Assembly: GCF_000143415.4 (NCBI RefSeq)
Contig: NW_003314313.1
Location: forward strand, 1,143,430-1,207,429
Reading direction: 5' to 3'
DNA length: 64,000 nucleotides
DNA from: Selaginella moellendorffii
Taxonomy: Eukaryota > Plantae > Lycopodiophyta
A model generated the notes under the pieces. That model was given only the letters and a program-made list of their open reading frames with translations. It was not told the DNA's origin and did not search any database. Shown in pieces: positions 27,139-40,500 of this stretch (position 1 is its first letter; the number at the start of each line of letters is the position of its first letter). A program made the translations under genes and the position numbers.

Positions 27139-28747
27139 ATGAGGCCGGCATTGTTGTTGCTCTTGGCGCTGGTGGCGAGCATGGGTGAGTTTGAAGTAAC
27201 CATTTTGTAACTAGCTACGCGTTCATGCAGGTGATATGTTTGTCGCAGAGGGGAGCCAAATCCAACAAGCTCGCAGTGTCATCCCCGGCATTGGCGTCAA
27301 CTTTGGGCAACTTGGCAACAATCTCCCGGCGGCGCAGCACGTAGCGCAGCTGCTCCAGTCGACGGTGATTGCCAAGGTGCGCATCTTCAACACGGAGGCG
27401 GCATTCCTGCGCGCCATGGCCAACACCGGCATCGACGTGGCCGTGGGTGTGTGCAACGCCGACGTGCCCGCCCTCGCCGCCAACGCATCCGCGGCGGCTG
27501 CCTGGGTGTCGGCCAACATCGCCCCCTTCGCCGCCGCCGGCACGCGCATCACGCTCGTCACTGTCGGCAACGAGGTGTTCAGCGCCGACGACCAGCAGCT
27601 GGCGGCGGCCATCGTCCCCGCCATCCGCAACATCCACACCGCGCTCGCCGCCGCCAAGCTCGCCGACACCGTCCACGTGTCCACCCCGCATTCCTTCGCC
27701 ATCCTCGACAACTCCTTCCCGCCCTCGTCCTCCGCCTTCCGCGCGGACCTCGCGCCGCTCCTCGACCCGCTGCTCCGCTTCCTGGTCGACACGCGCGCGC
27801 CGCTGCTGGTCAACGCCTACCCGTACTTTGCGTTTGCCGGCAACCCGCACGACATTCCCCTGCCGTACGCGCTCTTCCAGCCCAACGCCGGCGCACCCGA
27901 CCCCAAGACCGGTCTCATCTACACCAACATGTACACCGCCCAGGTGGACGCGGCGGTGGCCGCCATGGAGCGCATGGGCCACTTTGGAATCCCGGTAGCC
28001 GTGACCGAGACGGGCTGGCCGTCGCAGGGAGGCTCGGACGAGGTCGGGGCCAGCGTGGACAATGCCCGGGCCTTCACACGTGGACTCGTTGCACACCTGG
28101 CGTCCAGCTCGGGCACGCCCCTCCGCCCGCGTCAGCAGCTCGACACTTACATCTTTGCTCTCTTCAACGAGGACCTCAAGCCCGGCCCCGCGTCGGAGAG
28201 GAACTATGGCTTGTTTGCCACCGATGGCACGCCCATCTACGACGCCGGGTTACTGCTAACTAGTGGCACCCATGTTGGCGGTGGCACTGCCACTGCCACT
28301 ACTGTAAGTAGCAGCTCCAACACCACGCGGATGCGTGGGTACAAGGATGGGCAGCAGGATCACAAGCTGAGCAGTGGCAATTCCTGGTGTGTTGCAAAGA
28401 CCGATGTCGACTCGCGGGCACTGCTCACCGCACTCAACTACGCATGCGGGCAGGGCGAGGCGGATTGCAAGGAGATATCGTCGCCAGCCGGCTCGTGTTT
28501 CCAGCCCAACAGCCTCGTGTCGCATGCATCCTACGCCTTCAACATGTTCTACCACAAGTACGGCCGCAAGCCCTGGAACTGCGACTTTGGGAACACGGCC
28601 ACGCTCACCGCAACGGACCCGAGTGAGTGCTACTGCATTCTCGTATTTTTGTTTGCACTCTCACTATTTGCTACACTTCTTGAATCCAATCCAGGCTACG
28701 GATCGTGCAGCTACCCTGCAGCAGCAGCAGGAGCAGGAGCTCCTTAA
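27139..28747 (+). CDS. Glucan endo-1,3-beta-glucosidase (GH17) with X8/CBM43 domain
   Basis: Signal-peptide exon MRPALLLLLALVASM|, then GVNFGQLGNNLP, VGNEV, VTETGWPS, FALFNEDLKPGPASERNYGLF and X8 (WCVAK..ACG..DC..C..). Introns 27185-27248 and 28623-28694. Confidence 0.93.
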
Positions 28748-28896
28748 TCTCTTTCAAGTTTCCGTTTTCTCTTACACTGGATTACATGACCGTTGGTCTG
28801 GTCGGGTATCAAACATTTGAAGGATTTCCGTCTTTTCTGCTAGAATACCCTGTGTCATCCTCCCTTCTTCTTTTTAGTGGACTTTGTCGCACAGCT

Positions 28897-29467
28897 ATGG
28901 CGAGCAAGACCAGTTTGCTGCGTGCCATCCTCGTGGGCTACATAGCACTAGTGGTTGCAACAGCGCCAATCCTAGGTAAGAGTAGAAAAGGAGCTTTGTT
29001 TTTCTTTTCCGTTGGGCATCCAGCAAGCTCAAGCCCAAAAGAGTGAAAAGAAGAATCTACAAAGATATCATGGTTCCAATGATCCAGGGGCGCTCGATCG
29101 CACGGAGAGCTCGAGACAAGACACGAAGACGGGGAGCCAGGTGTGGTGCGTGGCCAAGCCTCACGCCGACCAGGCGGTGCTGTCGAAGGGCCTCAACTTC
29201 GCGTGTGGCGAAGGGGGCGCCGACTGTGCTGCCATCCAGAACGGAGGAGCTTGCTACAACCCGCCCACACTCATCGCTCACGCCTCGTACGCCTTCAACA
29301 GCTACTACCAGATCAAGGGCCGCAACTACTGGAACTGCTACTTCCAAAACGCGGCCCTGCTCGTCGTCACCGATCCAAGTACGTGCTACTTGTTCCTAGC
29401 GAACAACCATTCTTTTCTCACATTGATTCTTCCAGGCTATGGTTCTTGCACTTACCCAGCGCTCTAA
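28897..29467 (+). CDS. Secreted X8/CBM43 domain protein (PDCB-like)
   Basis: Signal-peptide exon MASKTSLLRAILVGYIALVVATAPIL|, then WCVAKP..LNFACGEGGADC..HASYAFNSYYQ, TDPS|YGSCTYP. Confidence 0.85.
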
Positions 29468-29568
29468 CAGGAATCAGGATGAATGAATGTAGCTCTCCTA
29501 GTTTTTATATGCCCCAATGAATGCAAAACAAATTTACGACCAGGTCCAAGGATCGAGTCATGTAGGGC

Positions 29569-30602
29569 ATGCTTCGAGCTCCACTCTTTGCTGCGACCAA
29601 GCGCGCCATGTCCACTTCCACAGCAACCAACGCATTCCACTCGCGTTTCCAGCAATACGCTCTCCAACTGGACGCTACTGTAAGTGGAAGAAGTGGTTTC
29701 TTTTCTTCGGCCAATACCATTGTGCTAACCTTTGTGCTTCCACAGAACGAGAGACGGGAGAGGCTCGTCAAGGCTAGCCGGGATGTTACCATCCACAGTA
29801 AGAAGGTCATCTTCGTGATCCACAGGTAGAGCCCCTTGGGCGCTTCTTTTCTTTCTTTTGCCAAAACGCACACCACCCAGGCTCAACGATTCCAACCGCG
29901 ATAAGATAGTGGAGCAAGCCGAGAAGGATCTGGCAGCGGTGCGCGACGCTCATGTCTCCCGCGTAGCAAGAGAGGTTGAGGGCGTTGACTACTGGAAGCT
30001 CAAGCGAGCATTCTCTCCAGGGGTACGTACTCGCTGCTGTGTGTGCTCGTGTTACGATTGATTGATCACAAACTCCTTGTTCCATCCAGATGCAGGAGTT
30101 TGTGGAAGCTGCCACGGTGGTGGAGTTTTGCAAGACTGGGAAGCTCTTGACGCTGCAACAGCTCAACAGCAGCCTTTGTGGCGTCAAGGATGCATCCGGT
30201 GTGTCCTTCTCGGTCGATATTGACGACTACTTGCTCGGGGTAAGCTCGGGTCGACTGTAACTCATCGTTTACATGCGTGCTTGTAGATTGCGGACTTGTC
30301 TGGCGAGCTGATGCGCCTGGCCGTGAGCAGCGCAGCCAGCGGGCAGGGCCTGGAGGCGTCGGCGAGGATCCGTGGCTTTGTGCAGGCACTGTACGAAGGC
30401 TTCTGCCTCTTGTTTTACAACGTCGACGGCGGGAGAGACATGACCAAGAAGGTGGAGGTGATGCTCCAGAGCCTCGTCAAGATCGAGACAAGTAAGCTTT
30501 GCAAGGGATAGGTTGGTGCTGTCGCTCACGTGTTGCTTTGTAGCTTGCTACTCCATGCACGTCAGAGGGTCAGAGTATCCGGCAAGCATCGTCGACAGCT
30601 GA
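29569..30602 (+). CDS. TSNAX: Translin-associated factor X (TRAX), multi-exon
   Basis: RERLVKASRDVTIHSKKVIF, AFSPG|MQEFVEAA, DYLLG|IADLSGELMRLAV, KIET|TCYSMHVRGSE. Confidence 0.9.
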
Positions 30603-30701
30603 ACGTAACGTTACCTTGCTAGTTTTGCCCTAACTGTCAGCTTTTCAGGTTGGGAGGAAATGTAGCGAGTGTGAATATTTGCTTCGTTGTTGCTCCGCAG
30701 G

Positions 30702-31927
30702 ATGTTTGGGACTAGTTATCTGGGTTCCAAGCTGGCCCCCTACAAGTATCATGGCGTGCAGCAGCAGCAGCAGCGGGGGCCACTTCTTCTCTGCGCCCCG
30801 TCTTGCTGCTATCAGCAGCAGCTTGTCTTGCAACCTTCAACACCAACACAGCAGCAGCCAGTCTTTGTTCCAGGAGCATCAGAGAAGCCAGGCTTTGTTG
30901 TTGATTTCCTCATGGGTGGGGTCTCGGCAGCTGTTTCCAAGACTGCAGCAGCCCCCATCGAGCGTGTCAAGCTTCTGATCCAGAACCAGGACGAGATGAT
31001 CCGCATGGGACGGCTGTCTGAGCCTTACAAGGGCATTCTTGACTGCTTTGGTAGGACCATGAGAGATGAAGGGGCTATGTCGCTGTGGAGAGGCAACCTG
31101 GCCAATGTTATCCGCTACTTCCCTACTCAGGTTACTTCCTGATATCTTGGTCTCCTATCAATTTGCTCATTGTCTGGGTGTACACACAGGCGCTAAACTT
31201 CGCCTTCAAGGACCACTTCAAGAGGCTCTTCAACTTTAAGGCCGACCGGGACGGCTACTGGGTGTGGTTTGCTGGAAACCTGGCGTCGGGAGGCCTTGCC
31301 GGTGCCTCCTCGCTCTTCTTTGTCTACTCGCTGGATTATGCCCGGACCCGCCTGGCCAACGACGCCAAGGCTGCAAAGAAGGGTGGTGGCGGTGGCGGTG
31401 GCCGCCAGTTCAATGGCCTCCTGGACGTGTACAAGAAGACCCTGGCCAGCGATGGCATTGCCGGCCTTTACCGCGGCTTCAACATTTCGTGCGTGGGTAT
31501 TGTTGTGTACCGGGGCCTCTATTTTGGAATGTACGACTCCCTCAAGCCGGTGCTGTTGGTTGGAGACCTCAAGGTGACTTTTTAGCTCGCTCCAGCAATC
31601 AATCGTGCTTTGTTCTTTGTGCAACAGGGCAACTTTGCTGCGAGTTTCTTCTTGGGCTGGAGCATCACCATTGCTGCTGGCCTTGCCTCGTACCCGATTG
31701 ACACGGTGAGGCGGCGTATGATGATGAGGTCTGGCGAGGGTGCCAAGTACAAGAGCTCAATGCACGCACTGAGGGAAATTATGGCCAAGGAAGGAGTCAA
31801 GTCCTTGTTTAAGGGTGCAGGTGCTAACATCTTGAGAGCCGTGGCTGGAGCTGGAGTGTTGTCTGGCTATGACCAATTGCAAATGATCTTCCTGGGAAAG
31901 AGTTATGGCTCTGGTGGGGGTGGCTGA
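30702..31927 (+). CDS. AAC: Mitochondrial ADP/ATP carrier, 3 coding exons
   Basis: [46 protein letters not shown]|ALNFAFKD, and the RRRMMM signature. Confidence 0.97.
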
Positions 31928-32035
31928 CAAGCACAAGCTGGATGCAGATCTTGTTTTGTTCATGCTACTGCATTTGATGCTTTAAAGATCATAAAAGGTT
32001 TTCTAATCCATTGAAAGTATTACTACTGTGGGTGA

Positions 32036-32225
32036 GGGCTCGATGATCGAGGCGCTACGGTGCGGTCAATAGTCGGGAAACCGGCCGGGATTGATCGAGC
32101 TGTGCAAAGTCTGGAATCAGAGGGCTACGAGTTTGTGGGGGAGTTGAAAAATCTCACATACGACGAAGTGATCCAGCTAAGGGTGCCTGTTGCTAAGAAG
32201 CTTGAGCCGCACCTCAAAGTGCCAG
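32036..32225 (+). pseudogene. Orphan exon with SAM-like helical segment, no in-frame ATG, ends in a phase-1 donor
   Basis: Open frame after TGA at 32033 (..LESEGYEFVGELKNLTYDEVIQLRVPVAKKL..) ending CCA G|GTATGG at 32226. Confidence 0.35.
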
Positions 32226-32445
32226 GTATGGCTTCTCTTGCTTCGCGTTTGTTTGTATGGCTATGACTGTTGTGTTCTGTTCCTATGCCCCTCGTTTTCT
32301 CTTTGATCCATGTCGGCTAAGAGTTGCTTCTCTTGTTTATAATTAAGGACTTATTATAATTAATTACAATATAATATAACCCTAAACCGTTCCTGACGAC
32401 CACTGCCATACTAAAGGGTTTCAAGATAGGGTTTCAGCTAGCAAA

Positions 32446-35210
32446 ATGGACGAGGAATTGGCTAAGGTGAAGGCTCAAATCGGGCTTCTTGAGCCGCAGA
32501 TCCAAGCGGCTGGGGAATCTTTTCTCTCTGCCCTTCAGAGTGGCAATCAATCTCTGGCGGAATATTGGCGGAACGAGAAAGAGCACCTGCGGAAGAAGGA
32601 AGAACAGCTGCGGGAGGAAAAACTCCTCCTCCTCAGAAGTAATGGTAAGTCATTCTTTAGCCTTCTCCCTCGATTTGGGGCGTTTTGCTGTGTGTCGTTT
32701 CCATGTGGCTGCTAGAGGTTTGGCTATGGTGTTTCAGCCTATGGCATCGTGTGTTTGGCGTCAGGCTTTTGTTCGTGGCCGTTTGCTTGTTGGGCTCTCG
32801 TGCTGTTGGATTGTTGGTATTCTGCGATCTCCTTATTCAGTCGATTGGGCCAGTGTGGTCACACTATGTTGGCTATGTTGCTCACTCCTTTTCTTGTCTG
32901 AAACAGAAACAAAGACAACCATAACAGGAGCAGCCATAATACAGGCGTGTGATGCTTCCATCTCCACGAGATCGCAGTTCATATCTCGGTTGGCTCCTCA
33001 CGAGTCGGGTTCTAAGGTGAAATTTCCCTCGGCCCAGACACTCATGTGCGCGCTTAGTAACCTGCCATGCCTTCTATGGGAAGGCGTAGGAGATGGACTT
33101 GTGAAGCTCGACAATCGGTTTGCACAGAGGTTGTCAGAACACCAAACCACCGTGCTCTTGGCTCCCAGCGGTTCAGGAAAAACGAGAATGTTGATCGAAC
33201 TTGCCTGCAGTAGATTCACCTTGTTTCTCACGGGTAAGCGTCCGATGGTTGGATTTGGAGGAGGATCGAATGATGTAGACAGGGTTGCCAGCTGGATGGA
33301 GACTCGGTTGCCCGCAAGTGAACACGATCTTGATCCGAATCATGCAGTGGTGCGGTTTGGTGTTGGGATTTTGATTCTTGTCCGGTTGAAATATTTGAAG
33401 TTGCTGAAAGCGCTGAAACCTGGGCTTCATCCTCGTGATTGGGCATTTTTCCAGTTGGAGTACCCGGCAGTTGATGATGTTTTCCATGCTGCGGTTGAAG
33501 CCTTGATCAATTGTGTTCCAGTGGGTCAGCAACTGCCTTCGGATCAGCTGACGCAGGCTATAAGGATTCTTGCAGATGACATTGGTTGGAAGGAGGGGGT
33601 GGTTGTCCTTGATGAGGCTCAAAGGCTGCTTCATTGTATGAAAGGTCGATTCAATTCTAAACTCAGTCCTACGAAAGGGGAGCCATTGTTGAACCCCATG
33701 TTACTGGCTCTGAAGTCGTACGGTTTCTTGAAGAGCTGCTTGTTTGTTGCGGGCACCGGCACGAGTATGCTTGAGGTTCGGAAAAGACTTCAGTCAGGGA
33801 CAGTGAAGCTGACAGTGCCTTCCGATGTAAGCGAAATTTATAGCTTACCTGGCTTTGACGACACCAACATTCCAGCCTTTCTCCAACGGTTTATAGATAT
33901 CAGCAGGCTGGACATGCCCACGATTACTTCCATGTACACTGGAAGAAGGCGACTTTTGAGCACGGCGATTGAGAAGTACGTTGTGCAGGAGAAACCACCA
34001 GAGGATTGGTTCCAAGTTTTCTTTTTGGAGTTGATCAACAAGACTGGGGTGGAACTTGGACTTTCTCGGTCTTTAAGGGATGAAGCCGAGCAGGTGTGGG
34101 ATCCAGAGACGGCACAAATGATTGAGGACATTCTGTTCACATATTATCTTACAGGTATGTGTCACTGAGTCTTTACAGATATATTCCTCATGCTGGTTTT
34201 TTCCAGGTTTTGGTCATGTTATTGTGCAGCGAAAGAGGAGTGTCATGACCTTAGTTGATTGTGGCTTTGCAACGCTGCTTGAGAGTGATGCTGGTGCCGG
34301 ACCTTTTGCACCGATTATTCCACACATAAGAGGGGTGAGGGGTGATGAAGCCGGACCTGGTTCTTCAGGTCGGGCTAACGTGGGATACGTGATCCTTCAA
34401 GAGCCGATGATTGCAGAAGCACTCTGGGAACATATGCCTGCTGGTACAGTAATGGAGCGAGTCATCAGCACAGCTGCAAACGCATCAGTCCGTGGCATTA
34501 CCTTTGAGCGGTATGCACGCATCGTGGGGGAGGCATTTGACAACAAGCTACCAGCTGAGGTTTTGGGTTTGCAGGAAACAGATGTGGTCTACAAGGAGGA
34601 GTATGAAGTTGTAAAGCCAAGAGGGCACTCGGGGGTGCTGGTTCAGGAGATTCAGACTGAAGAACAGTTGAACCTGTGGCTTGAAGCTGTTGAGGCTGGT
34701 GCATCGTTTGCTACTTATGCATGGCTTGGACCATTCCAAGAAGCTGGACCAGATGGGATGTTTCTTCTCAGAAGCAAAGAGTCGCACAAGATGATGCCTG
34801 TGTTTCTACAGTTCAGGACCGGATCTGGGCTGGGTGTGACTCAAGCTTTTTCCTCACTCGACATCATGAAGATTGACAAGATGCTGCATTCAGGAGGAGC
34901 CTCTCGAAAACTAAAACAGTGGTGCTGGACTGGCTACCTTAGGCTGGTTGTTTCACCAAACCCACATCCAAGGGTAGGAAAGGTGGCCTTCGGAGATGTG
35001 TGGTGGAGTGGGCGAGCGAGAAAGGGGCACAAAGAAATCCCCCTGGTAAGGCATATTTCATTTGATTTTTGACATGTTTATTTTGTCCTTCAGGTTTCAC
35101 CTCTGTCGGCTGTTTGGGCTGGGCGGAAACTTCGGGGGATCGTCAACACGGAATTGCTGGATGCTGTGGAAGAGGTGAAGAAAGGTTTGAAGAAACGGAA
35201 AAGGGGGTGA
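32446..35210 (+). CDS. Crinkler/CR-like protein: coiled-coil header + P-loop NTPase + putative PD-(D/E)xK nuclease + C-terminal NLS (4 exons, ~800 aa)
   Basis: Phase-consistent introns 32645-32906, 34155-34206 and 35046-35093. Walker A APSGSGKT, Walker B VVVLDEAQ, AGTG motif, GITFE..GPDGMF..LQFR, terminal KKRKRG*. Confidence 0.7.
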
Positions 35211-35592
35211 AGCGCTTTGCTCGTCTTCGGGCAGATTTATTGGGAAGCACGCTGTAGATCACCAAGAGCAGAAACCATAAAGAAGCAATCATGGATTATG
35301 TGAAAGACTTGCTGCAACGTTTTCACAAAGTGCACTCACAGTTCTGCCCTGTGTCCTTGATCTTCTGTTTTGGGAAGGATTTGAAGAGTTTTTCAGGGAC
35401 CACATCATGCTATCTAAATTTTAAAATTTGATAACTTAAACCAAGGTTTTAAACTTATAGAACATTCATTTTTCCAAGTTTCTTGAATATTCAGAGTATT
35501 AAAGTTCCTAGAATATTCAGAGTATATATTATGAGTTTGCAAGCAAGAATGTTGTAGTGGTCAAACCGAGACCTGTTTTCATTCATGGACTT

Positions 35593-37330
35593 TGTAAGCA
35601 ACTAAATTTTCCATTCTACTTTAGTCACTTAACCATACTTCCGACCACTTGGAGGAGTCTCATTCACAACCTCCATAAGTCCAATTCAGGACTTGGGGCT
35701 TGCTAGCCCTGAGAATAACATCCATGCCACTCAACATTTGCACTTGGTCCAAGTGCTCCATGTGTCCGATCCCATGACCGACACTCAAAGGTACCACCGA
35801 CATGGCAGCTTGTCACGCTAAGGCCATGCCCAATCACCTTTTCCACACTGGTAGTCCAATACCACATGCATCCCAGTCTTGGCTCTCCAAGACTAGGCAA
35901 ACTATCCGTGAGTGGTCATCTCAGATCCACTCCTTAGCATCCTTAGGATGCCCACCGACAAGGGGAATAGCCTTCCCCAATATCCCTCTGTCAGTCCCCG
36001 CTAAGTCCCTTTCTACCCCTAGCCGTGTTTGCCAACACTGCCACTGGATCGAGGCCCACAGGCCCGACCACTAAGTCCCATGGTCCTCTGGGACTTCCTC
36101 ACCATACGACTGTGTCCTTGATCACACCCCAGAGGACTGCTCCTCTTCCTTTCCACAGTTTGGGCCTTTGGGGACAACATTTCAGAACACCGTGGCCTTA
36201 CGCGAGCCACCTAGGTACTCTCCCCGCCTTCCGCCCTTGGGTTCTCTAGCCATGGGCTTAGAGCGAGGTTCCGTTGAGCCACGCCTGGTATCCAAGTAGG
36301 TAGTGCCACCCACACTTGGATTGGGAGCATCGGCCAGACGATCTCCTAGGGGAACTAGAGCCGGCTCTTGAACACTTCACCAAGCTACCCCGCTTGTCAG
36401 TCCGTGTTCACTCTAGTCTTTGACTTCCCAGTGGTCAGCTCATCACCCAACACTGGGTCTGGCCTTCCTGGGCCAAACTGGCCTTTCCTGGCCAAATTGG
36501 CTCCACTGGGCTCCAACCCCCACACTCTCCCTACTATACTTTTGGAACCCCGCGCAGCGCCCCCCCCCCCCCCCCCCCCCTGGGGGACGATCGGTTTGGG
36601 CTTTCACCCAACTGCCTGTATTAGTATTCGGACTCGGACTCGGACTCGGACTCGGACTCAGACTCGGTCTCGGTCCCGGATTCGGACTCGGACTCGGTCT
36701 CGGTCTCGGTCTCGGTCATGGTCTCGGTTCCATCTCGGACTCCATCTCAGACTCCATCTCGGGTCCATCTCGGACTCCATCTCGGATCCATCTCGGACTC
36801 CATCTCGGGTCCATCTCGGACTCCATCTCGGGTCCATCTCGGACTCCATCTCGGGTCCATCTCGGACTCCATCTCGGTCCATCTCGGACTCCATCTAGGA
36901 CTCCACTTCGGGTCCATCTCGGATCCATCTCGGACTCCATATCAGACTCCATCTCGGACTCCACTTCGGGTCCATCTTGGATCCATCTCGGATCCATCTC
37001 GGACTCCATCTCGGACCCCATATCGGACTCCATATCGGACTCCACTTCGGGTCCATCTCGAACTCCATTTCGGGTCCATCTCAGATCCATCTCGGACACT
37101 TCCACGTGTCATGTGTTGGTCCTTTTTGGGTCCCTTTTTGGAGCCTTTCTTATTGCTCGCTTTGTGCTTGTTCCTTGAGCACTTTGTTGGGAGTTCCACT
37201 CCCGCTCTCGACCTTCCAAGTTAAAGCTTTTAGTCCAAACATGTTACATTTGTTTGGCTTTCGCTTTAGCCACTACCAAGTGGCACCCTTTCCAACTCCA
37301 CTTTGGGGCCTAGGGATTTTGTGTCTCACA
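35593..37330 (-). repeat. 3' LTR of element A
   Basis: TGTAAGC...GTCTCACA; homologous to the B LTRs; contains 6-bp and 12-bp tandem arrays. Confidence 0.88.
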
Positions 37331-37432
37331 ACTCCACCACCATAGACGAAGTTCGATGTCCTCATCGAACGGTAAACCATTTTATTAAGTAACACCCGCA
37401 TGGGTTACCATTTCTATCCTTGGCACCTAGCT

Positions 37433-37565
37433 AATATTTGTCAATGGTTTGACATTGAAGGCTCACCATGCCTTCTTCATATTCGTCAATGGTTTGATAT
37501 TGAAGGCTCACCATGCCTTCTGCATATTCGTCAATGGTTTGACACCAAAGGCTCACCATGCCTTG
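37433..37565. repeat. 45-bp tandem repeat, about 3 copies in A (about 2 copies in B at ~48705-48790)
   Basis: Unit ~ttcgtcaatggtttgacattgaaggctcaccatgccttcttcata. Confidence 0.8.
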
Positions 37566-40500
37566 CCCATCCTCTAAGGAGGGTAGTCTCTCCAACTTAG
37601 AGACTGGTTGGACCACATGTAGTGGTTCTCTCCTTTTATTGGTTTAGTTCTCGCTAAACCTCTTAGAGACCCTTCTCTAAGTCAATCCCACTACTCCTTC
37701 TCGAGTAGTCTCAATTTCCATCTATTGAACGTTTGCACCTTGGAACTTTTACTCTTTGACTTCTGGAAGTCAATTTCCTAGGTGTCTCCAACACCTTGCA
37801 TTGCACCTATTGTGCAACTCCACTTCCCATCCTAGGAAGTTCTGTACTTGAGGGCACCATCATCCTTTCTTCTATTTCGTGCCACCTTGGGCACTAAGTT
37901 CCATTTATCATACTTTGTGCTAGGGCTATCTATGGCCCTATCATTTGGCTACCTTACCGCTCCCTCCCTTGGAGCTTCCACTTTCGCCAAATCGGAGCAA
38001 TTCGGAATCCATCCTTGGAAACACACTTCCTTTCCTGCAATTTGTTAGCGTCCAACACATTAGTGTTCCTCGCCTAACTTTGTCACTTGGATTCCTTCCA
38101 AGGGATTCCACGGCCCTCTCTTGGCCACTCATCTTTTGCTCCTATCCATTGATTGTTGCACCAATCAACACCGAATCTCTACCTCCCTCCTTGAGGTATT
38201 CTTTTGATTCCATAGCAAAGGCTCTGCTTTGCCAAGACTAGAGTGTTCACCCCTAGTAAGTCTCTTTAGCATCTTCTGCTGTGGGCTCTATTCACGGCCC
38301 AACTTTGTGACCCTCCCATGGGTCTCTTTAGAGACTACTTTCCTTGGACACACTATGCCATCGCAATGACATAGCTCATTTCCCTAAGGTGCTTTTCCCA
38401 CTTGGCCACCTTGACCAAGCCACACCATCATCAATAGTTCAAATCAACACTTTGAACTAGGAACCTTATTCCTTAGCCCAAACAAGGACCTTGTCCTTAT
38501 TTAGCCATAAGATCACCTAGTGATCTCACCTCGGCACCTTAATAGGTTTGCTAATAGGTACTAGGTCTTCCAGACCTTTAACTTGTTAACTACGACCCCG
38601 GGGGCATCCCCCACACTTGACAGTGCGCCCAAGCCAGCCCTTCCGGCCAAGGGTCCATAGCAACTGAGACTGGGTGTCCCCATCTCATTCACCGTGTCCT
38701 TGGTGCCACTGGCACCAAAGTGTTCAAGTTAGATATGCTGAGCCACACTAAGCAATCTAACCGTGCATCACGACTCCGAGACATCCCTGGCTTGGCGGTA
38801 TGCCCAAACCAGTCTCCACACTGAGAGTCCATGACCACCGAAAAATGAGTGTCCTCATATTCCAAACCATCACCATGCCCTAGTGAGTTGGGACTTGAAC
38901 CCAAGCACTAGAGGGTCGGGGCTCGAACCCAACCTCCGTATATGCATCTACGGATGGCATCACCCAGGATGCCTGGCGTGACTCCCCACGCCGGTGCACC
39001 AATTTATACTCAAAGCGCGCTATAGATCATAGCTTAGGAACCTAGTTCCTCCACACTGCCAAGTCCTCTCACTTGACAAGTCTGTGATCATGCATGGACT
39101 CCTCCATGCTTGGCCCCATGGCCCACCCTTTTTGAAGTTATCACCTTCAACTAGGGTATTTGTTCCCCTGACTTGCCAATCTCGCTTTGGCAAGTCCTCC
39201 GACCACTGTAATATGGTTCCTGCACAAGCGTGAAAGCCCTTGATCATCAACTTTCGTTCAAAGCCCTCTTTTTGAACACTCGGGAACTACTTCCCTAACC
39301 TTGATAGCCTTGCCTCATAGCAAGCTTCAAGACCACGCTTCTACAGTGCCACTCTGATTTCGTGCATTCCTTGAACCATTTACGCTTTGCCTTTCTAGGT
39401 ACTAAGCTACCTAGAATCATCTTTGGGAACCTTGAAGGAACTCTGTCCCTTAGCTTGCTAAGGCCTCCCTTTTTGCAAGCTTTCCAATTACCATATAGTC
39501 TAACATGGACAATTCCATATTTTTGTAAGCCACAAATTTTTCCTTTCCAATTTGCCAGCTTACCTCGTCTATCCGACCAACTCTACCTTGGCTTGTGCTA
39601 AGTTCCCTCGCCAAAGTTCTCACCTATGGTACCAACTCCTATTTGGTCCTACTTGGTTTCAGCTACTCACTGCACGAGCAATGGAGTGTTAACCACCCAT
39701 CTACGGATTCCCAAATCTCTCCCAATCCCCCTCCCCGGGTTAGACTGGACTTAAGGTTCGGCTACACTCCCCGCAGGCACAAGCAGCCAAGCACACCAAG
39801 CCTCCAGATTCCTAACATCCCTAGGTACCACAAGACTTGATCATGGGACCCTCTAAATCCCAAGCCTTGGGTGCAGCACTTGCTTCGGGATGTCGGGGCG
39901 AAACACTGTGGCCTAACGGCCCGGTATGGGTACCTCTATCCCCCCACTTCCATCCCGAAGGGAAGGCCCAAGCCCCTAGGAAGGGCGAGGACCAATGAGC
40001 CACAAGGTACTCAAGTGGGGCACCACTCTACCTGAGCCGGGAGCACCGCAGTCGGTTTCCCTTTCGGGAGTGGGAGCTGCTCTTGAGCACTTCCCTGGGT
40101 GACCCCTCCGGCACTACCCAAGCCCATGCTCACTCCCACCCAAGGCCTCTCGGCCCTAGTCTCAACCCCAAGTCAGTTTGGAAGCACCACTGGAGAGTTC
40201 CTTCAAGACTAGTTCCTAGACCTCACTATCCCTACTATACTTTTGGAACCCCCTGCAGCCCCCCCCCCCTGGGAGACACACACTTTGGGCTTTCACCCCT
40301 TGAGCTATATTAGTATGTGGACTTAGTCTCAGAATCGATCTCGGACTCGATCTCGGATCCGACTTCGGATTCGGTCTCGGACTCGATCTCGGACTCGATC
40401 TCGGACCCGATCTCGGACTCGACTTCGGACTCGACCTCGGACTCGGTCTCGGACCCGATTTGGATCTCGGACTCCATCTCGAACTCGGTCTCGAACTCGG

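Noticed and set aside
28304-28357. Possible in-frame intron in the GH17 linker
   Set aside because: Good donor but purine-rich with no pyrimidine tract; it reads equally well as linker coding sequence. Unresolved.
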